A stretch of 64,000 nucleotides of DNA from Methanomassiliicoccales archaeon (GTDB taxonomy: Archaea; Thermoplasmatota; Thermoplasmata; RBG-16-68-12; SOIM01): positions 10,999 to 74,998 of the forward strand of contig SOIM01000059.1 of assembly GCA_004377185.1 (NCBI GenBank). The letters are read 5' to 3'. The position numbers and the translations under genes are program-made. Below are positions 1 through 9,255 of the stretch, piece by piece. A model generated the notes under the pieces. It searched no databases, was not told the DNA's origin, and saw only the letters and a list, made by a program, of their open reading frames with translations. Each line of letters begins with the position of its first letter. Position 1 is the first letter of the stretch.

Positions 1-942
1 GGCCATCAAGATGGAAGCACCGACCATCAGGTCCCCTTGACCAGCAACACACGCACCTATGGCGGCGCGGTAAGGCGCAATGAAGTTCATAACCGCATCC
101 AGAGTGAATTCATAGTCCTTGAGCATGAATATCCTCTCTCTTGGCACGAACACGTCCTCGAACAGGAGGTAGGACTGCGTTATCCCTCCCTTCTCGACCG
201 GAATGTCAAAGCCTTCCTCCAGCTCCCTCAAATCGCTTGGATGTCTTGTCTCAACGCATTTCAGCCCATCTATGTCCCTGGGTATGGCAAATGCCACCGC
301 CCAGTCTTTGTCCTCTTCACCGTATTTGGAACCGGGAAGCACGAGGACCTCATTCGCAGCTGCTATGCCGCAAATCATTATCTTGGCACCTTTCACCACA
401 ATCCCATCTTCCTTCTCCTCAATGATACGCAGGTTCATATCCGGGTCTTCTTGCTTGGATGGTGGGAGGGTTCTATCCCCTTTCGGGTCGGTCAAAGCCA
501 CAGATATCGTCACGTCCCTTTCCTGAGCACCTTTCAACCACTCCTTGAACCTTTCATGGTAGTCGGTGTCCTTTTTCTGGTCCATATCAAAGGTGGTCTT
601 CCACAACGCGTTGATTCCGTTCCAACCTCCGCACCTGCCCCCAGTACAAGTTCCTGTGACGTTGAACATGAACCTTTTCATCTTTGAGTTGGCAATCATG
701 TCCTCTGGGCTTTTCACAATGGAAAGATATCTGGAGACTCTCTCGCCAGTTAGAATCGAATCTGTCGTGACGAGTTCTTGATATTCCGAATCTTGCTGCA
801 ACCCGTAGATCTGGGCGTGGCCTTCCACTGTTCTTCTGGTTGCAGAATGTGTAGTGACGTCCTCAATCAACTCACCGAACTTGTACACGTTCGGCCTCAT
901 CTCTCTCAAGCTTTCTTTATACTCTTCGGGCGTTTTCAACAT
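1..942 (-). CDS. 4-hydroxybutyryl-CoA dehydratase / 4-hydroxyphenylacetate 3-hydroxylase (AbfD/HpaB) family protein, N-terminal 314 codons; C-terminus lies outside the window
   Basis: Absent from the ORF track because it runs off the window edge. My minus-strand translation from the ATG at 942-940 reads MLKTPEEYKESLREMRPNVYKFGELIEDVTTHSATRRTVEGHAQIY...FNVTGTCTGGRCGGWNGINALW...GASILMA and stays open to position 1. The N-terminal layout is typical of the HpaB/AbfD family. The Cys pair TCTGGRC resembles the Fe-S ligand region of AbfD-type dehydratases. Confidence 0.7.
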   Translation of the reverse strand, partial: MLKTPEEYKESLREMRPNVYKFGELIEDVTTHSATRRTVEGHAQIYGLQQDSEYQELVTTDSILTGERVSRYLSIVKSPEDMIANSKMKRFMFNVTGTCTGGRCGGWNGINALWKTTFDMDQKKDTDYHERFKEWLKGAQERDVTISVALTDPKGDRTLPPSKQEDPDMNLRIIEEKEDGIVVKGAKIMICGIAAANEVLVLPGSKYGEEDKDWAVAFAIPRDIDGLKCVETRHPSDLRELEEGFDIPVEKGGITQSYLLFEDVFVPRERIFMLKDYEFTLDAVMNFIAPYRAAIGACVAGQGDLMVGASILMA

Positions 943-1055
943 TAGAACCATCTCCGCTGGTGGTTTCCCCTTACCCCGAACCTGAGAATACGCTTTTCTC
1001 GTTTATACCTAACTAGAATCGAGAAGTGTAGACCGATGCAATTCGTACACAAACC

Positions 1056-1631
1056 TCATTCAGCGGGCTTGGCTCTTTCCAAGTGCTTCACTTCATACTG
1101 TGTCGGGAAGAGGTAGTGGTCGAAACCCAGATAGAGCGTGGGACTGACCTTCTCAAGTCTGATCATCTGCCTCTCATCGAACAACTCCCCGTCAAAATGC
1201 GTGAAGAGGACCTCTCCAACGAACCACTCATGGTCTCCGAACGTGTGATGGGAATGCAATTTGCACTCATATGCTGCATAGGCATCCTTCAGGATCGGCA
1301 AATCCAGTCCGCTTTCCTCTTCCAGGGCCAGACCGAATCTCTCGAACTTGTCCCCCTCTCTTCCGCTCACACCACCAGTCTGGGCGGATATCATGGCCTT
1401 CTCTTTGGGTATGAAGTTCAAGGCGAATTTCTTCCCTTCCAGAAGGAGGTCATATGTATGCCTTTTAGAGGCTATCGACACACCATAGAGGGGCGGACTA
1501 AAGGATATTGTGGAATGCCAGGCAGCCGCCATGGCGTCCTGCTCCTTCTCCGTCCTGGTGGTGACAATAGCAACATTCGCAGGATAATGTCTCGAGAACT
1601 TCCCTACACCGCTCATCATTGTTTTTGGCAT
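1056..1631 (-). CDS. flavin reductase-like (FMN-binding split-barrel) protein
   Basis: 191-aa ORF with ...VAIVTTR...AMAAAWHSTISFSPPLYGVSI...LNFIP..., typical of the flavin reductase domain. A strong SD (GAGGAGGTGA) lies just upstream of the ATG on the minus strand. It sits immediately upstream of, and co-oriented with, the HpaB/AbfD-family gene. Confidence 0.8.
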   Translation of the reverse strand: MPKTMMSGVGKFSRHYPANVAIVTTRTEKEQDAMAAAWHSTISFSPPLYGVSIASKRHTYDLLLEGKKFALNFIPKEKAMISAQTGGVSGREGDKFERFGLALEEESGLDLPILKDAYAAYECKLHSHHTFGDHEWFVGEVLFTHFDGELFDERQMIRLEKVSPTLYLGFDHYLFPTQYEVKHLERAKPAE

Positions 1632-2067
1632 TGTGATCTCACCTCCTCATCTCAGTCCAAATCGGTTGAGTTCCAATTCGCTGTATGATGAACACTTCTA
1701 ATAACTTTTCTCGCTTGAAGAAACGCTAGTCAAACCGGTCGAAACCTTCTGCAAAACACCGTTTCTGAGTGGAAAGACGAACGTCCCCAACGCTTTTGTC
1801 CAGAATCGTAGAGAAACATCAACAATTCAACACAGAAACTGCGAATTACGAAACAAATTATATATACATGGACTGCAGATAGTAATGGTGGTTGTAGGGG
1901 CATGTCACGACTCATAAGAACAAAAAGCGACACCCTCTCTCTGGTACTGCGCTGTCAGTATGTTGAGGAATGCTGGCAGATGGAGAATAGGTTTGCTGTT
2001 GAGGGAGCACCAGAACCTCCTGCACTAGAAGAGAGAGAAGAGACAGAAGAGTAGGATGGGTCGGGTT

Positions 2068-2262
2068 CTAGACGGTCCCGCCCCGATGAATTTCTTTAGC
2101 CCTGTTCTCATAATCTTTAGCTTTTGCCCTGAGCTTCGCTATCTTCGCTTCAAGCTTCTTGCACTTGAGCTCCAGCTTGGCCGATTTGGCTAGATACTTG
2201 GCTGCCTTCGCCCTGTTGACAGCAAGGCCCTTTGCCTTCTTCGCATCATCAACGGTGGTCAT
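2068..2262 (-). CDS. small Lys/Ala-rich coiled-coil protein (hypothetical)
   Basis: ORF 2068..2283. I prefer the internal ATG at 2262 (MTTVDDAKKAKGLAVNRAKAAKYLAKSAKLELKCKKLEAKIAKLRAKAKDYENRAKEIHRGGTV). It has heptad-like K/A periodicity. I recognise no family. Confidence 0.35.
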   Translation of the reverse strand: MTTVDDAKKAKGLAVNRAKAAKYLAKSAKLELKCKKLEAKIAKLRAKAKDYENRAKEIHRGGTV

Positions 2263-2345
2263 CGGACTTTGGAAATAATGCACAGAGCGTTCTTAAAAGT
2301 TGGGGTATGCTTACCGTCATTCTCAAATACCTTTCTTGGAATAGC

Positions 2346-3596
2346 ATGGCGATGCGCATATCGGTGGAAGCCTACGGTTGCACACTGAACCAGGGCGAGT
2401 CCAGGATAATGGAAGAACTGCTGGAGAACAAAGGGCACGAAATCGTCTCCCCGAACGAGGCGGATGCATCGTTGATCATGACCTGTTGCGTGATTGAGTC
2501 CACCGAGCGCAGGATGTTAAAGAGGATAGGGGATCTGGAAGCGAGAAAGAAGCTGGTGTTGGTTGGGGGATGCATGGCCTCGATCATGAAGGAGAAGGTT
2601 AGGAACGTTGCTCCCGATGCTGTGTTCGTCTCACCAGGGGACGTGAACAAGATTCTCAGCGAGATTGCAGGATCGGCAGACTTTGAACGAGAAGGGTCCG
2701 ATGAGAGAGCGATTCCGCGCGATTCGATCGACGCAATAGTACCCATAGGCCAGGGGTGCACGGAACAGTGCAGCTACTGCATAACCAGGCTTGCCAGGGG
2801 ATCTCTGAAGAGTTATTCGGAGGACAACATTGCGAACATTGTCTCAAGAAGACTCAAAGAGGGGTACAAGGAAATCAGGCTCACTTCACAAGACACTGCG
2901 GCATATGGGAAGGATATCGGGTCTTCTCTACCGGACATCATGAACAGGGTTGCCTCTCTTCGAGGAGAATTCAGAATAAGAGTGGGAATGGCCAACATCA
3001 CCAATCTGTTGCCGATTCTTCGAGAGACGATGGAATCATACAAATCCGAGAAGGTCTACAAGTTCCTCCATGTACCAGTCCAGAGCGGTGATGACGGGAT
3101 GTTGAAGAAGATGAGGAGAAGGTACAGTGTGGATGATTTCATCAATGTATTCAACGCCTTCAGAACTCAGTATCCTGATTCCACATTGTCCACGGACATC
3201 ATCACGGGCTTCCCAGGAGAGACGGAGGAGCAGTTCAAGGCCTCTCTTGAGCTGATGGAAAAGGTGCGACCGGATATCATCAATGTGACCAGATTCTCCC
3301 CCAGGGAGGGCACAGCTGCCTTCGAGATGGATGAGAAGGTCCCAGGATGGAAGTCGAAGGAGAGGTCAAGAGAACTGACCAAGCTCAGATCCAGGATATC
3401 CTTGGCAATCAACAACTCTCTGATCGGTTCGGTTTTCAACGTGTTGACAACGGAGCACGTAAAGAGCGGCACCACCATGGGGAGAATAAACAGCTACAAG
3501 CCAATCGTACTGCCAGAAGCCCTCCCCCTTGGTATCTTCTGTGATGCGAGCGTGATCTCGGCCACGGATGCGTACTTGATAGCTGAACTGGAATAG
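2346..3596 (+). CDS. archaeal MiaB-like radical-SAM methylthiotransferase (MtaB/CDKAL1-type, probable ms2t6A synthase)
   Basis: UPF0004 N-domain start MRISVEAYGCTLNQGES, radical-SAM cluster motif GCTEQCSYC, and a TRAM-like C-terminus. Start moved from the ORF-track 2232 to the ATG at 2346 (MAMRISVEAYGC). Confidence 0.85.
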   Translation: MAMRISVEAYGCTLNQGESRIMEELLENKGHEIVSPNEADASLIMTCCVIESTERRMLKRIGDLEARKKLVLVGGCMASIMKEKVRNVAPDAVFVSPGDVNKILSEIAGSADFEREGSDERAIPRDSIDAIVPIGQGCTEQCSYCITRLARGSLKSYSEDNIANIVSRRLKEGYKEIRLTSQDTAAYGKDIGSSLPDIMNRVASLRGEFRIRVGMANITNLLPILRETMESYKSEKVYKFLHVPVQSGDDGMLKKMRRRYSVDDFINVFNAFRTQYPDSTLSTDIITGFPGETEEQFKASLELMEKVRPDIINVTRFSPREGTAAFEMDEKVPGWKSKERSRELTKLRSRISLAINNSLIGSVFNVLTTEHVKSGTTMGRINSYKPIVLPEALPLGIFCDASVISATDAYLIAELE

Positions 3597-3616
3597 GGGA
3601 TTGAGACCAGAACCGC

Positions 3617-3805
3617 CTAGAGCTCTTCCTTTCTTGAGAACCGGTAGTACAGCCTTGCAATAATAACGGGAACCAGCACCCACAACATGAGGGTGAGAAT
3701 GACGCCAACAGATCCAAATGGAGACATTATCGAGAGGATGATCGTGGCAGGCAAAAGAGCTGCAACAGCGATGATTATTCCAACACTACTGAATTTCAGG
3801 GCCAT
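3617..3805 (-). CDS. small two-TM membrane protein (hypothetical)
   Basis: 62 aa with two hydrophobic helices (GIIIAVAALLPATIILSI / VGVILTLMLWVLVPVIIA). It begins 4 nt after the co-oriented nitroreductase gene ends. Confidence 0.4.
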   Translation of the reverse strand: MALKFSSVGIIIAVAALLPATIILSIMSPFGSVGVILTLMLWVLVPVIIARLYYRFSRKEEL

Positions 3806-3808
3806 TTC

Positions 3809-4327
3809 TCACCATTTCTCATAATGTATCAGTTCTTCCACAGGGATCCTCTTCCGGGCTTCGGGTTGGGACAGCGGTTCGCCTATGGGAAGGATCGCAA
3901 CCGGCCTGATGAAGTTCGGCAGGTTCAGGATTCGACTGACTTCCTCCTCATCAAAAGCACCAACCCATACGCAACCCAGACCTTTGTCATGTATCGCCAA
4001 AAGCATGTTCTGTATCGCGGCCGCGGCATCCTGGAGACAATAGAGAGTCACGCCTCTCACACCATAATGTGCGATCCTCTCGAAGTTGGCACACACCACG
4101 ACTGCCACGGGAGCTTCGGCTATGAAATCCTGATCAAGGGCAGCTCTGCCGAGTTTTCTCCTCGTATCCTGGTCCTCAACCACCACGAAATCCCTGGCTT
4201 GAAGATTCCCAGCTGAGGGAGCCATATGGCCAAGCTCGATGAGTTCGATAATGAATTCTCTCGGAACTTCCTTTTTTCCAAACCTTCGTATGCTCCTCCT
4301 GTCCTGGATGGCTTCCTTCAGTTCCAT
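3809..4327 (-). CDS. nitroreductase family protein
   Basis: N-terminus MELKEAIQDRRSIRRF...APSAGNLQ and a central GLGCVWVG motif. These are classic nitroreductase-fold signatures. Confidence 0.85.
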   Translation of the reverse strand: MELKEAIQDRRSIRRFGKKEVPREFIIELIELGHMAPSAGNLQARDFVVVEDQDTRRKLGRAALDQDFIAEAPVAVVVCANFERIAHYGVRGVTLYCLQDAAAAIQNMLLAIHDKGLGCVWVGAFDEEEVSRILNLPNFIRPVAILPIGEPLSQPEARKRIPVEELIHYEKW

Positions 4328-4402
4328 GGACCAAGGATAATCAAAACAGGGCTAAACCGTTTGCTATCATTTATTAGGTGAAGACACATTTGGGGGGGTG
4401 AT

Positions 4403-4624
4403 ATGAAAGTTGACTGCACACTCGAATTCTTCTACGAAAATGAGAAGAAAGCACAGAATGTCCTCAAATCAGTGGATGTGGACAATTATGGTTATGTTGA
4501 GGCGGATGTGGAAGAGAACAGACTTGTATCGAAGATCCAAGCCAAAAGCCTGCAGTCCCTGTTGCACACCCTGGAGGACTACCTCTCCTGCATATCAATA
4601 GCCGAGAAGATCGCGGAAAGCTAG
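4403..4624 (+). CDS. pcc1: KEOPS complex subunit Pcc1-like protein
   Basis: 73 aa. The size and the C-terminal pattern AKSLQSLLHTLEDYLSCISIAEKI resemble the archaeal Pcc1/CTAG family. A GGGGGGTGA SD lies upstream of the ATG. Confidence 0.55.
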   Translation: MKVDCTLEFFYENEKKAQNVLKSVDVDNYGYVEADVEENRLVSKIQAKSLQSLLHTLEDYLSCISIAEKIAES

Positions 4625-6561
4625 CTCTCTGGTATCCCTTCCCTCACTCTGGCCGCTATCCCTCTTGAGAAGCTTAACATCTCTTCCCTGTTCATGAGCG
4701 CTCTTGCAACAGCTACGAGCTCATCGTCCTCATTGACAACTAGGACCTCGTCCCTGGGTCTGATGCCTTCATCGCATTCCTTTACGAATTTCGCGAAGAC
4801 GTTCTTGCCCTCTCTATTGAACTGGCCCGGCTCATTCTCCACAATCACTCGCATCCTGGGAGAAGGGAATTCATCATGAAGTACCTTGGCGCCTTCGGCC
4901 CGGAGCGTGAACATACCGTCCCTTGCTCTAAGAGACAGGAGATGCTTGTCACCGAATAGAACGTTCCTTATCTTTCCGGTTCTCTTGGACTTCACCAGGT
5001 GCACGTCTTCTGCAATCAGAGCCTCTCCCGCACCTTTACCAAATTGCATATCCGCCAGAGCTCTGAGTCTGAGGATATCCATATTCCTTTCAACGGGCTT
5101 GGTGTCCAGTTCTCCCAGTTTCTTCTTCGATTCCTCGTCTGTCCAATGGACGATGTTCTCAAAACCTATATTCCTCAAGAACTCCGCGGTCCTATCTTTC
5201 ATAAGATTCTGGGTCTCGACATCCAGTGTCTCGGGTACTAGAGATTGTGCAAGGGGATACATCTCATCCAACTCAATGGGAACGGGACCGAGAACGGACT
5301 CCACAAGGAAAGCCGAGTCCACCATGCTGGAAATGTCCTTCAGTTCTTCCACGTAGGATCTTGAATAGGGTTTGCTGGCCTCCGGAAAGACAACCACGAG
5401 CTTCTTCGTAGGTGGGGAGTATCTCTCCAGCAGCCGGGAATTGTACCTCATGATAAGTGGTCTGTATAGGGACTCCACGGACGTGAAGTAGAAGGAACTC
5501 CTCTTGCTGGTTGATTCAAATCTCTCCAGGTATTCCCAATATTCCTTCAGTTTCCTGAGGGCGGAAAGCATGTCTGGATGAGAGCTGCATCTTCTTTCGA
5601 CCAGTTCCCACAGGCTGCCCTCGTGAATAGCTTGTTTGACCATGCGGATCTCATTGTAACATATGTGCAGATTGTGCTCTGCTATTGCAACCTCATCTTC
5701 CTTCAACTCCTCGGGAGTAAGGTCAGAACAGACAGGACAATGACATATCTGGTGGGCAAGGTCTTTCACTCTCCTGGTTCCATCGGGAAACATCATCCTT
5801 CCGTCCTTTGCGTACTTCGCGTAGGAGGAAGAGTCGAACATGTCGCATCCGAGTAGAGTGGCAAGGGCGAAGATCATGGGATGGCCCGCACCGTAGAGAT
5901 GAACTGGTCTGCTTGGGTCCAATCCTTTCTTACTGGACAATACCACATCCACTAAAGCTGAGAACTGGTAGTTTTCCATCAGAGGTACGACTCCTCCGAT
6001 AGCACTGATATCAATGCGAATCTCAGACATCTTCGATGCACATTCTTCTCTCAAATCTGGATACGTGGATCCTTGGATCCCTCCCGCCAATATCATTTTC
6101 CCTTTGATCTCGGAAGCCGCTACTGCCCTTTCCAAGGTTTCTTCAACCGCTTTCTTGGTCTTTTCCTTAGAGGCGAAGGGTTCGGAGAAAACGTCCAGTA
6201 TTGATCCGATGTCCGTGCCGATATCTCTCTGGAAGGCCACGATCTCTTCGTTCGTAACAGGAACTTCTCCATAAACGTGCGATTGAAAAGTCCCGGAGTC
6301 CGTCATGATTGGACCATCAAAATCCAGAAGGGAATGAACTCCTTCGGAAAGGGCCCTTTCTTTAAGGTCTGCTTTCTTGGAAATGATATACGCATTCGTG
6401 ATTATGATGGACGTTCCGAACTTCTTGCTCATCTCTTTTGGGGGGATCATGAGCTGATTGGGATTGATCACAGGGAGCAGATTCGGAGTCTCGACTGGAC
6501 CATGCTTGGTCTCCAATACGCCAATTCTGCCCAGACCGTCCCGAGACTTGAACTCAAACAT
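4621..6561 (-). CDS. tgtA: archaeosine tRNA-guanine transglycosylase (ArcTGT) with C-terminal PUA domain
   Basis: MFEFKSRDGLGRIGVLETKHGPVETPNLLPV start, a TIM-barrel TGT core, the zinc motif CHCPVC, and a C-terminal PUA-like region. Start moved to the ATG at 6561 (ORF track gives 6741). Confidence 0.9.
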   Translation of the reverse strand: MFEFKSRDGLGRIGVLETKHGPVETPNLLPVINPNQLMIPPKEMSKKFGTSIIITNAYIISKKADLKERALSEGVHSLLDFDGPIMTDSGTFQSHVYGEVPVTNEEIVAFQRDIGTDIGSILDVFSEPFASKEKTKKAVEETLERAVAASEIKGKMILAGGIQGSTYPDLREECASKMSEIRIDISAIGGVVPLMENYQFSALVDVVLSSKKGLDPSRPVHLYGAGHPMIFALATLLGCDMFDSSSYAKYAKDGRMMFPDGTRRVKDLAHQICHCPVCSDLTPEELKEDEVAIAEHNLHICYNEIRMVKQAIHEGSLWELVERRCSSHPDMLSALRKLKEYWEYLERFESTSKRSSFYFTSVESLYRPLIMRYNSRLLERYSPPTKKLVVVFPEASKPYSRSYVEELKDISSMVDSAFLVESVLGPVPIELDEMYPLAQSLVPETLDVETQNLMKDRTAEFLRNIGFENIVHWTDEESKKKLGELDTKPVERNMDILRLRALADMQFGKGAGEALIAEDVHLVKSKRTGKIRNVLFGDKHLLSLRARDGMFTLRAEGAKVLHDEFPSPRMRVIVENEPGQFNREGKNVFAKFVKECDEGIRPRDEVLVVNEDDELVAVARALMNREEMLSFSRGIAARVREGIPES

Positions 6562-6659
6562 GGGGAGTGAATCGGCATTTTGGTAATATGATTTTGCCTT
6601 CTCCAGCAAAGAAACGATTAAGTAAGACAAATTCGATTGATGGACAAGCAGGTTTTGAG

Positions 6660-7406
6660 ATGCTGAGAAGCACCTTTGTACACATTCCTGGCATAGGCTA
6701 CCAGACCGAGAGGAGGATTTGGGATGAAGGTATTCAAACATGGGACGATTTCTTGACCGGAAGAAAGGAAATATTCCTTGCCAGTCGCACTAGAGAATTC
6801 GTCCACAGCTACGTACGGGAATCCAAGAAACACCTCGATGACAAGAACCATCACTTCTTCGTGGACAAGATTCCAAGGAGAGAGCTTTGGAGGGCATATC
6901 ACGATTTCAAGGATTCAACAGCATTCCTGGACATAGAGACAACGGGGCTGGATTACGATCGGCATGAGATCACTTTGATAGGAATATACGATGGAAAAGA
7001 AGCAAGAACCTTCACCAGAGGGAAGAACCTTCACCAGTTCCCGCAGGAGATCAAGAAGTTCAAGAGCATAGTGACCTACAACGGAGCCCGGTTCGACCTG
7101 CCCTTCATCGCGTCAACCTTCCCAAGGCTGAGATTCAATCAGATACACATAGACATAATGTACCCTCTCAGAAGGCTGGGATACACTGGAGGGTTGAAGG
7201 CGATTGAGAAGAGTGTGGGAATAGACAGGAGCGAGGAGACTGTTGGGCTGAGTGGTTGGGATGCTGTGATCCTCTGGAAGAGACATCTCAGAGGGGATGA
7301 GAACGCACTCGATTTGCTCGAGAAGTACAATCTGGAAGATATCAAGAACCTCGAGACTCTTTCCGACCTTGCCTATGACGAGTTGAAGAGGGAGTGTTTT
7401 CCATAA
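6660..7406 (+). CDS. RNase H-like / DEDD-type 3'-5' exonuclease domain protein (YprB/COG3359-like)
   Basis: Exo I-like motif AFLDIETTGL, then YNGARFDLPF and YNLEDI motifs. Start moved to the ATG at 6660 (MLRSTFVHIPGIG). Confidence 0.7.
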   Translation: MLRSTFVHIPGIGYQTERRIWDEGIQTWDDFLTGRKEIFLASRTREFVHSYVRESKKHLDDKNHHFFVDKIPRRELWRAYHDFKDSTAFLDIETTGLDYDRHEITLIGIYDGKEARTFTRGKNLHQFPQEIKKFKSIVTYNGARFDLPFIASTFPRLRFNQIHIDIMYPLRRLGYTGGLKAIEKSVGIDRSEETVGLSGWDAVILWKRHLRGDENALDLLEKYNLEDIKNLETLSDLAYDELKRECFP

Positions 7407-8434
7407 ATCGAAAGGCGAGGATACTGACTATCGAGGAGATTCCGGAATCCGATCCAGATTATCTCAAGGAACTCGAGAAATGCAGGTTGTGCGAGTGGGA
7501 GTGCGATGTGAACCGCTTGGAAGGGGAAACTGGTGTTTGTGAGATCGGCATTCCAGAGGTGGGGCACTCATCTCTGCATCCAGCCCCCCCGGCATCATAT
7601 GACGCCTTCATGGTGGGCTGCAACTTCAGGTGCCTGTCCTGTCAGAACTGGACTCTGGCGCATTATCCAAAAAGCCCTCGTGGTGAGGTCGAGGGATACT
7701 ATTCTCCAAAGGACTGGGCAGCTATGGGTGTGGAATCTCTGAAGAGTACGTCCGCACACATGATAGCGGCGGACAGATTGTTCTTCACGGGAGGAGAACC
7801 CACTTGCTCTCTCCCTTGGGTTGAGGAGGTAGTGAAAGAAGCAAGGAAACTGGACACCAAGATGAGAGTGAACTACGACACCAATGGCTTCATGACGAAG
7901 GATTCATTGAAGAGAGTTCTGGAATTGGCAGATTCCATAACATATGACATAAAGGCCTACAATGACAAGACCTTCAACGCCTTGACAGGAGCTTTCGTCG
8001 AACCTGTTCTGAGGAATGCGGAGACCGTGGCAAAGCAAGCAAAGGGGAAGCTGTGGGAATTCCGCATACTCACCATTCCTGGCATTCACGAAGAGGAAGT
8101 GGAGGACATCTGCAGTTTCATCGCTGACATAGATGAGACGCTCCCTGTGGCATTTCTGGCCTTTCGCCCCAACTTTGTGATGGAGGAGCATCACGGCGCG
8201 CCTCTGGAACTGATGGAGTTCTGCGTGCAGACCGCTAGAAGATGCGGGCTTGAGAACGCGGAATGGTCAGGAAGACCTGGAATCAAAGGCAAGACAGTTG
8301 AAGAAACGGGTAGCGATCTGGGCATGAGATTTGCAAAAGGTGCGGGCTGTGTTTCTGATCCAAGAAGGTGCGGAGATTGTGAGAACGTACACGAATGCGA
8401 TGTGAAGAAATTCGTGGCATCGAGGCTTACATGA
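7394..8434 (+). CDS. radical SAM protein, PflX-like (pyruvate formate-lyase-activase homologue of unknown function)
   Basis: CxxxCxxC cluster motif GCNFRCLSCQNW and an N-terminal Cys-rich segment CRLCEWEC..GVCE. GTG start at 7394, overlapping the upstream gene by 13 nt. Confidence 0.8.
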   Translation: MFSINRKARILTIEEIPESDPDYLKELEKCRLCEWECDVNRLEGETGVCEIGIPEVGHSSLHPAPPASYDAFMVGCNFRCLSCQNWTLAHYPKSPRGEVEGYYSPKDWAAMGVESLKSTSAHMIAADRLFFTGGEPTCSLPWVEEVVKEARKLDTKMRVNYDTNGFMTKDSLKRVLELADSITYDIKAYNDKTFNALTGAFVEPVLRNAETVAKQAKGKLWEFRILTIPGIHEEEVEDICSFIADIDETLPVAFLAFRPNFVMEEHHGAPLELMEFCVQTARRCGLENAEWSGRPGIKGKTVEETGSDLGMRFAKGAGCVSDPRRCGDCENVHECDVKKFVASRLT

Positions 8435-9255
8435 AGGAATATCCTAGATTCCTGACAGAGGATTCCGAACCCTTCGACCCGGTGGAGCTGGCGAAAAAGA
8501 CCGAAGAGATAATATGTAAAGGTTCCAAGAGGAAATACACCGATTTCTATTGCGTGGGCGTGTACGGAGGCATATCCACGGGGTATACGGTCGGTTGCTA
8601 CCTTCGATGTGTCTTTTGCTGGGTGGACTGGTCAAGAGACTTCCCAGATAGGATTGGAGAGTTCTATTCCCCTCAAGAGGCATTCAATAACCTGAAGCAA
8701 GCCGCTGATGAGCGCCGGATAAGGAAAATGCGGATTTCTGGAGCAGAGCCAACACTGGGGAAGCAGCATCTTCTGGCACTGTTGGAACTCGTAGAGGACT
8801 CGGAGTTCCCCACATTCATTCTGGAGACTAATGGGGTATTGTTCGGGACCGACAAGGACTATGTATACAAATTGGGGAGATTCAAGAAACCTCACATACG
8901 CCTTTCTTTGAAAGCAGGTACACCCGAAACCTTCGAGAGAAAAACCGGGGCCAAGAGAGAATCGTTCGAGATTCCTTTCCGGGCCATCGAACACCTTAAG
9001 GACGCGGGGGTGAGCTTCCATGTCGCCGCCATGTCGGCCGATCCCAGGTTCATGGGGGATGAGGAGAGAGTCCAGTTGATCAAGAAACTGTGGGAGATCG
9101 ACAAAGAACTGGTCTACGACCTCGAAGAGGAAGTGGTGGACCCGTACGATACCACGCTCAAAAGACTGGAGCACGCTGGCTGGAAGGTGGACTTCCCTCT
9201 GAGGGAGAGATGGGATCCGGTGAGATCCGTTCTTAGGAATCTGCAAGAGGACTAG
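8431..9255 (+). CDS. radical SAM protein of unknown function (archaeal COG5014-like)
   Basis: Cluster motif GCYLRCVFCW followed by ISGAEPTL and ILETNG. The ATG at 8431 forms an ATGA overlap with the stop of the preceding radical-SAM gene. Confidence 0.75.
   Translation: MKEYPRFLTEDSEPFDPVELAKKTEEIICKGSKRKYTDFYCVGVYGGISTGYTVGCYLRCVFCWVDWSRDFPDRIGEFYSPQEAFNNLKQAADERRIRKMRISGAEPTLGKQHLLALLELVEDSEFPTFILETNGVLFGTDKDYVYKLGRFKKPHIRLSLKAGTPETFERKTGAKRESFEIPFRAIEHLKDAGVSFHVAAMSADPRFMGDEERVQLIKKLWEIDKELVYDLEEEVVDPYDTTLKRLEHAGWKVDFPLRERWDPVRSVLRNLQED

Noticed and set aside
37-781. Plus-strand ORFs 37..687, 141..425, 203..526 and 566..781
   Set aside because: They are antisense to a clearly coding minus-strand frame (the AbfD/HpaB-family protein, open from 942 to the window edge). 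Their translations are low-complexity and Pro/Ser/Leu-rich with no recognisable motifs.
1083-1688. 201-aa plus-strand ORF
   Set aside because: It fully overlaps the flavin-reductase gene on the opposite strand. That gene has family motifs and a strong SD. This looks like a shadow ORF.
1686-1770. Possible C/D-box sRNA (ATGATGA at about 1686, CTGA at about 1762) and, more generally, an ncRNA in the 436-nt ORF-free gap 1632-2067
   Set aside because: The box spacing of about 76 nt is too long. No convincing C'/D' boxes or terminal stem are present. The ATGATGA also lies in the expected 5' leader/promoter region of the flavin-reductase gene. A TTATATAT box at 1857-1864 and a GC-rich hairpin near 2058-2084 exist, but I cannot support an RNA gene from sequence alone.
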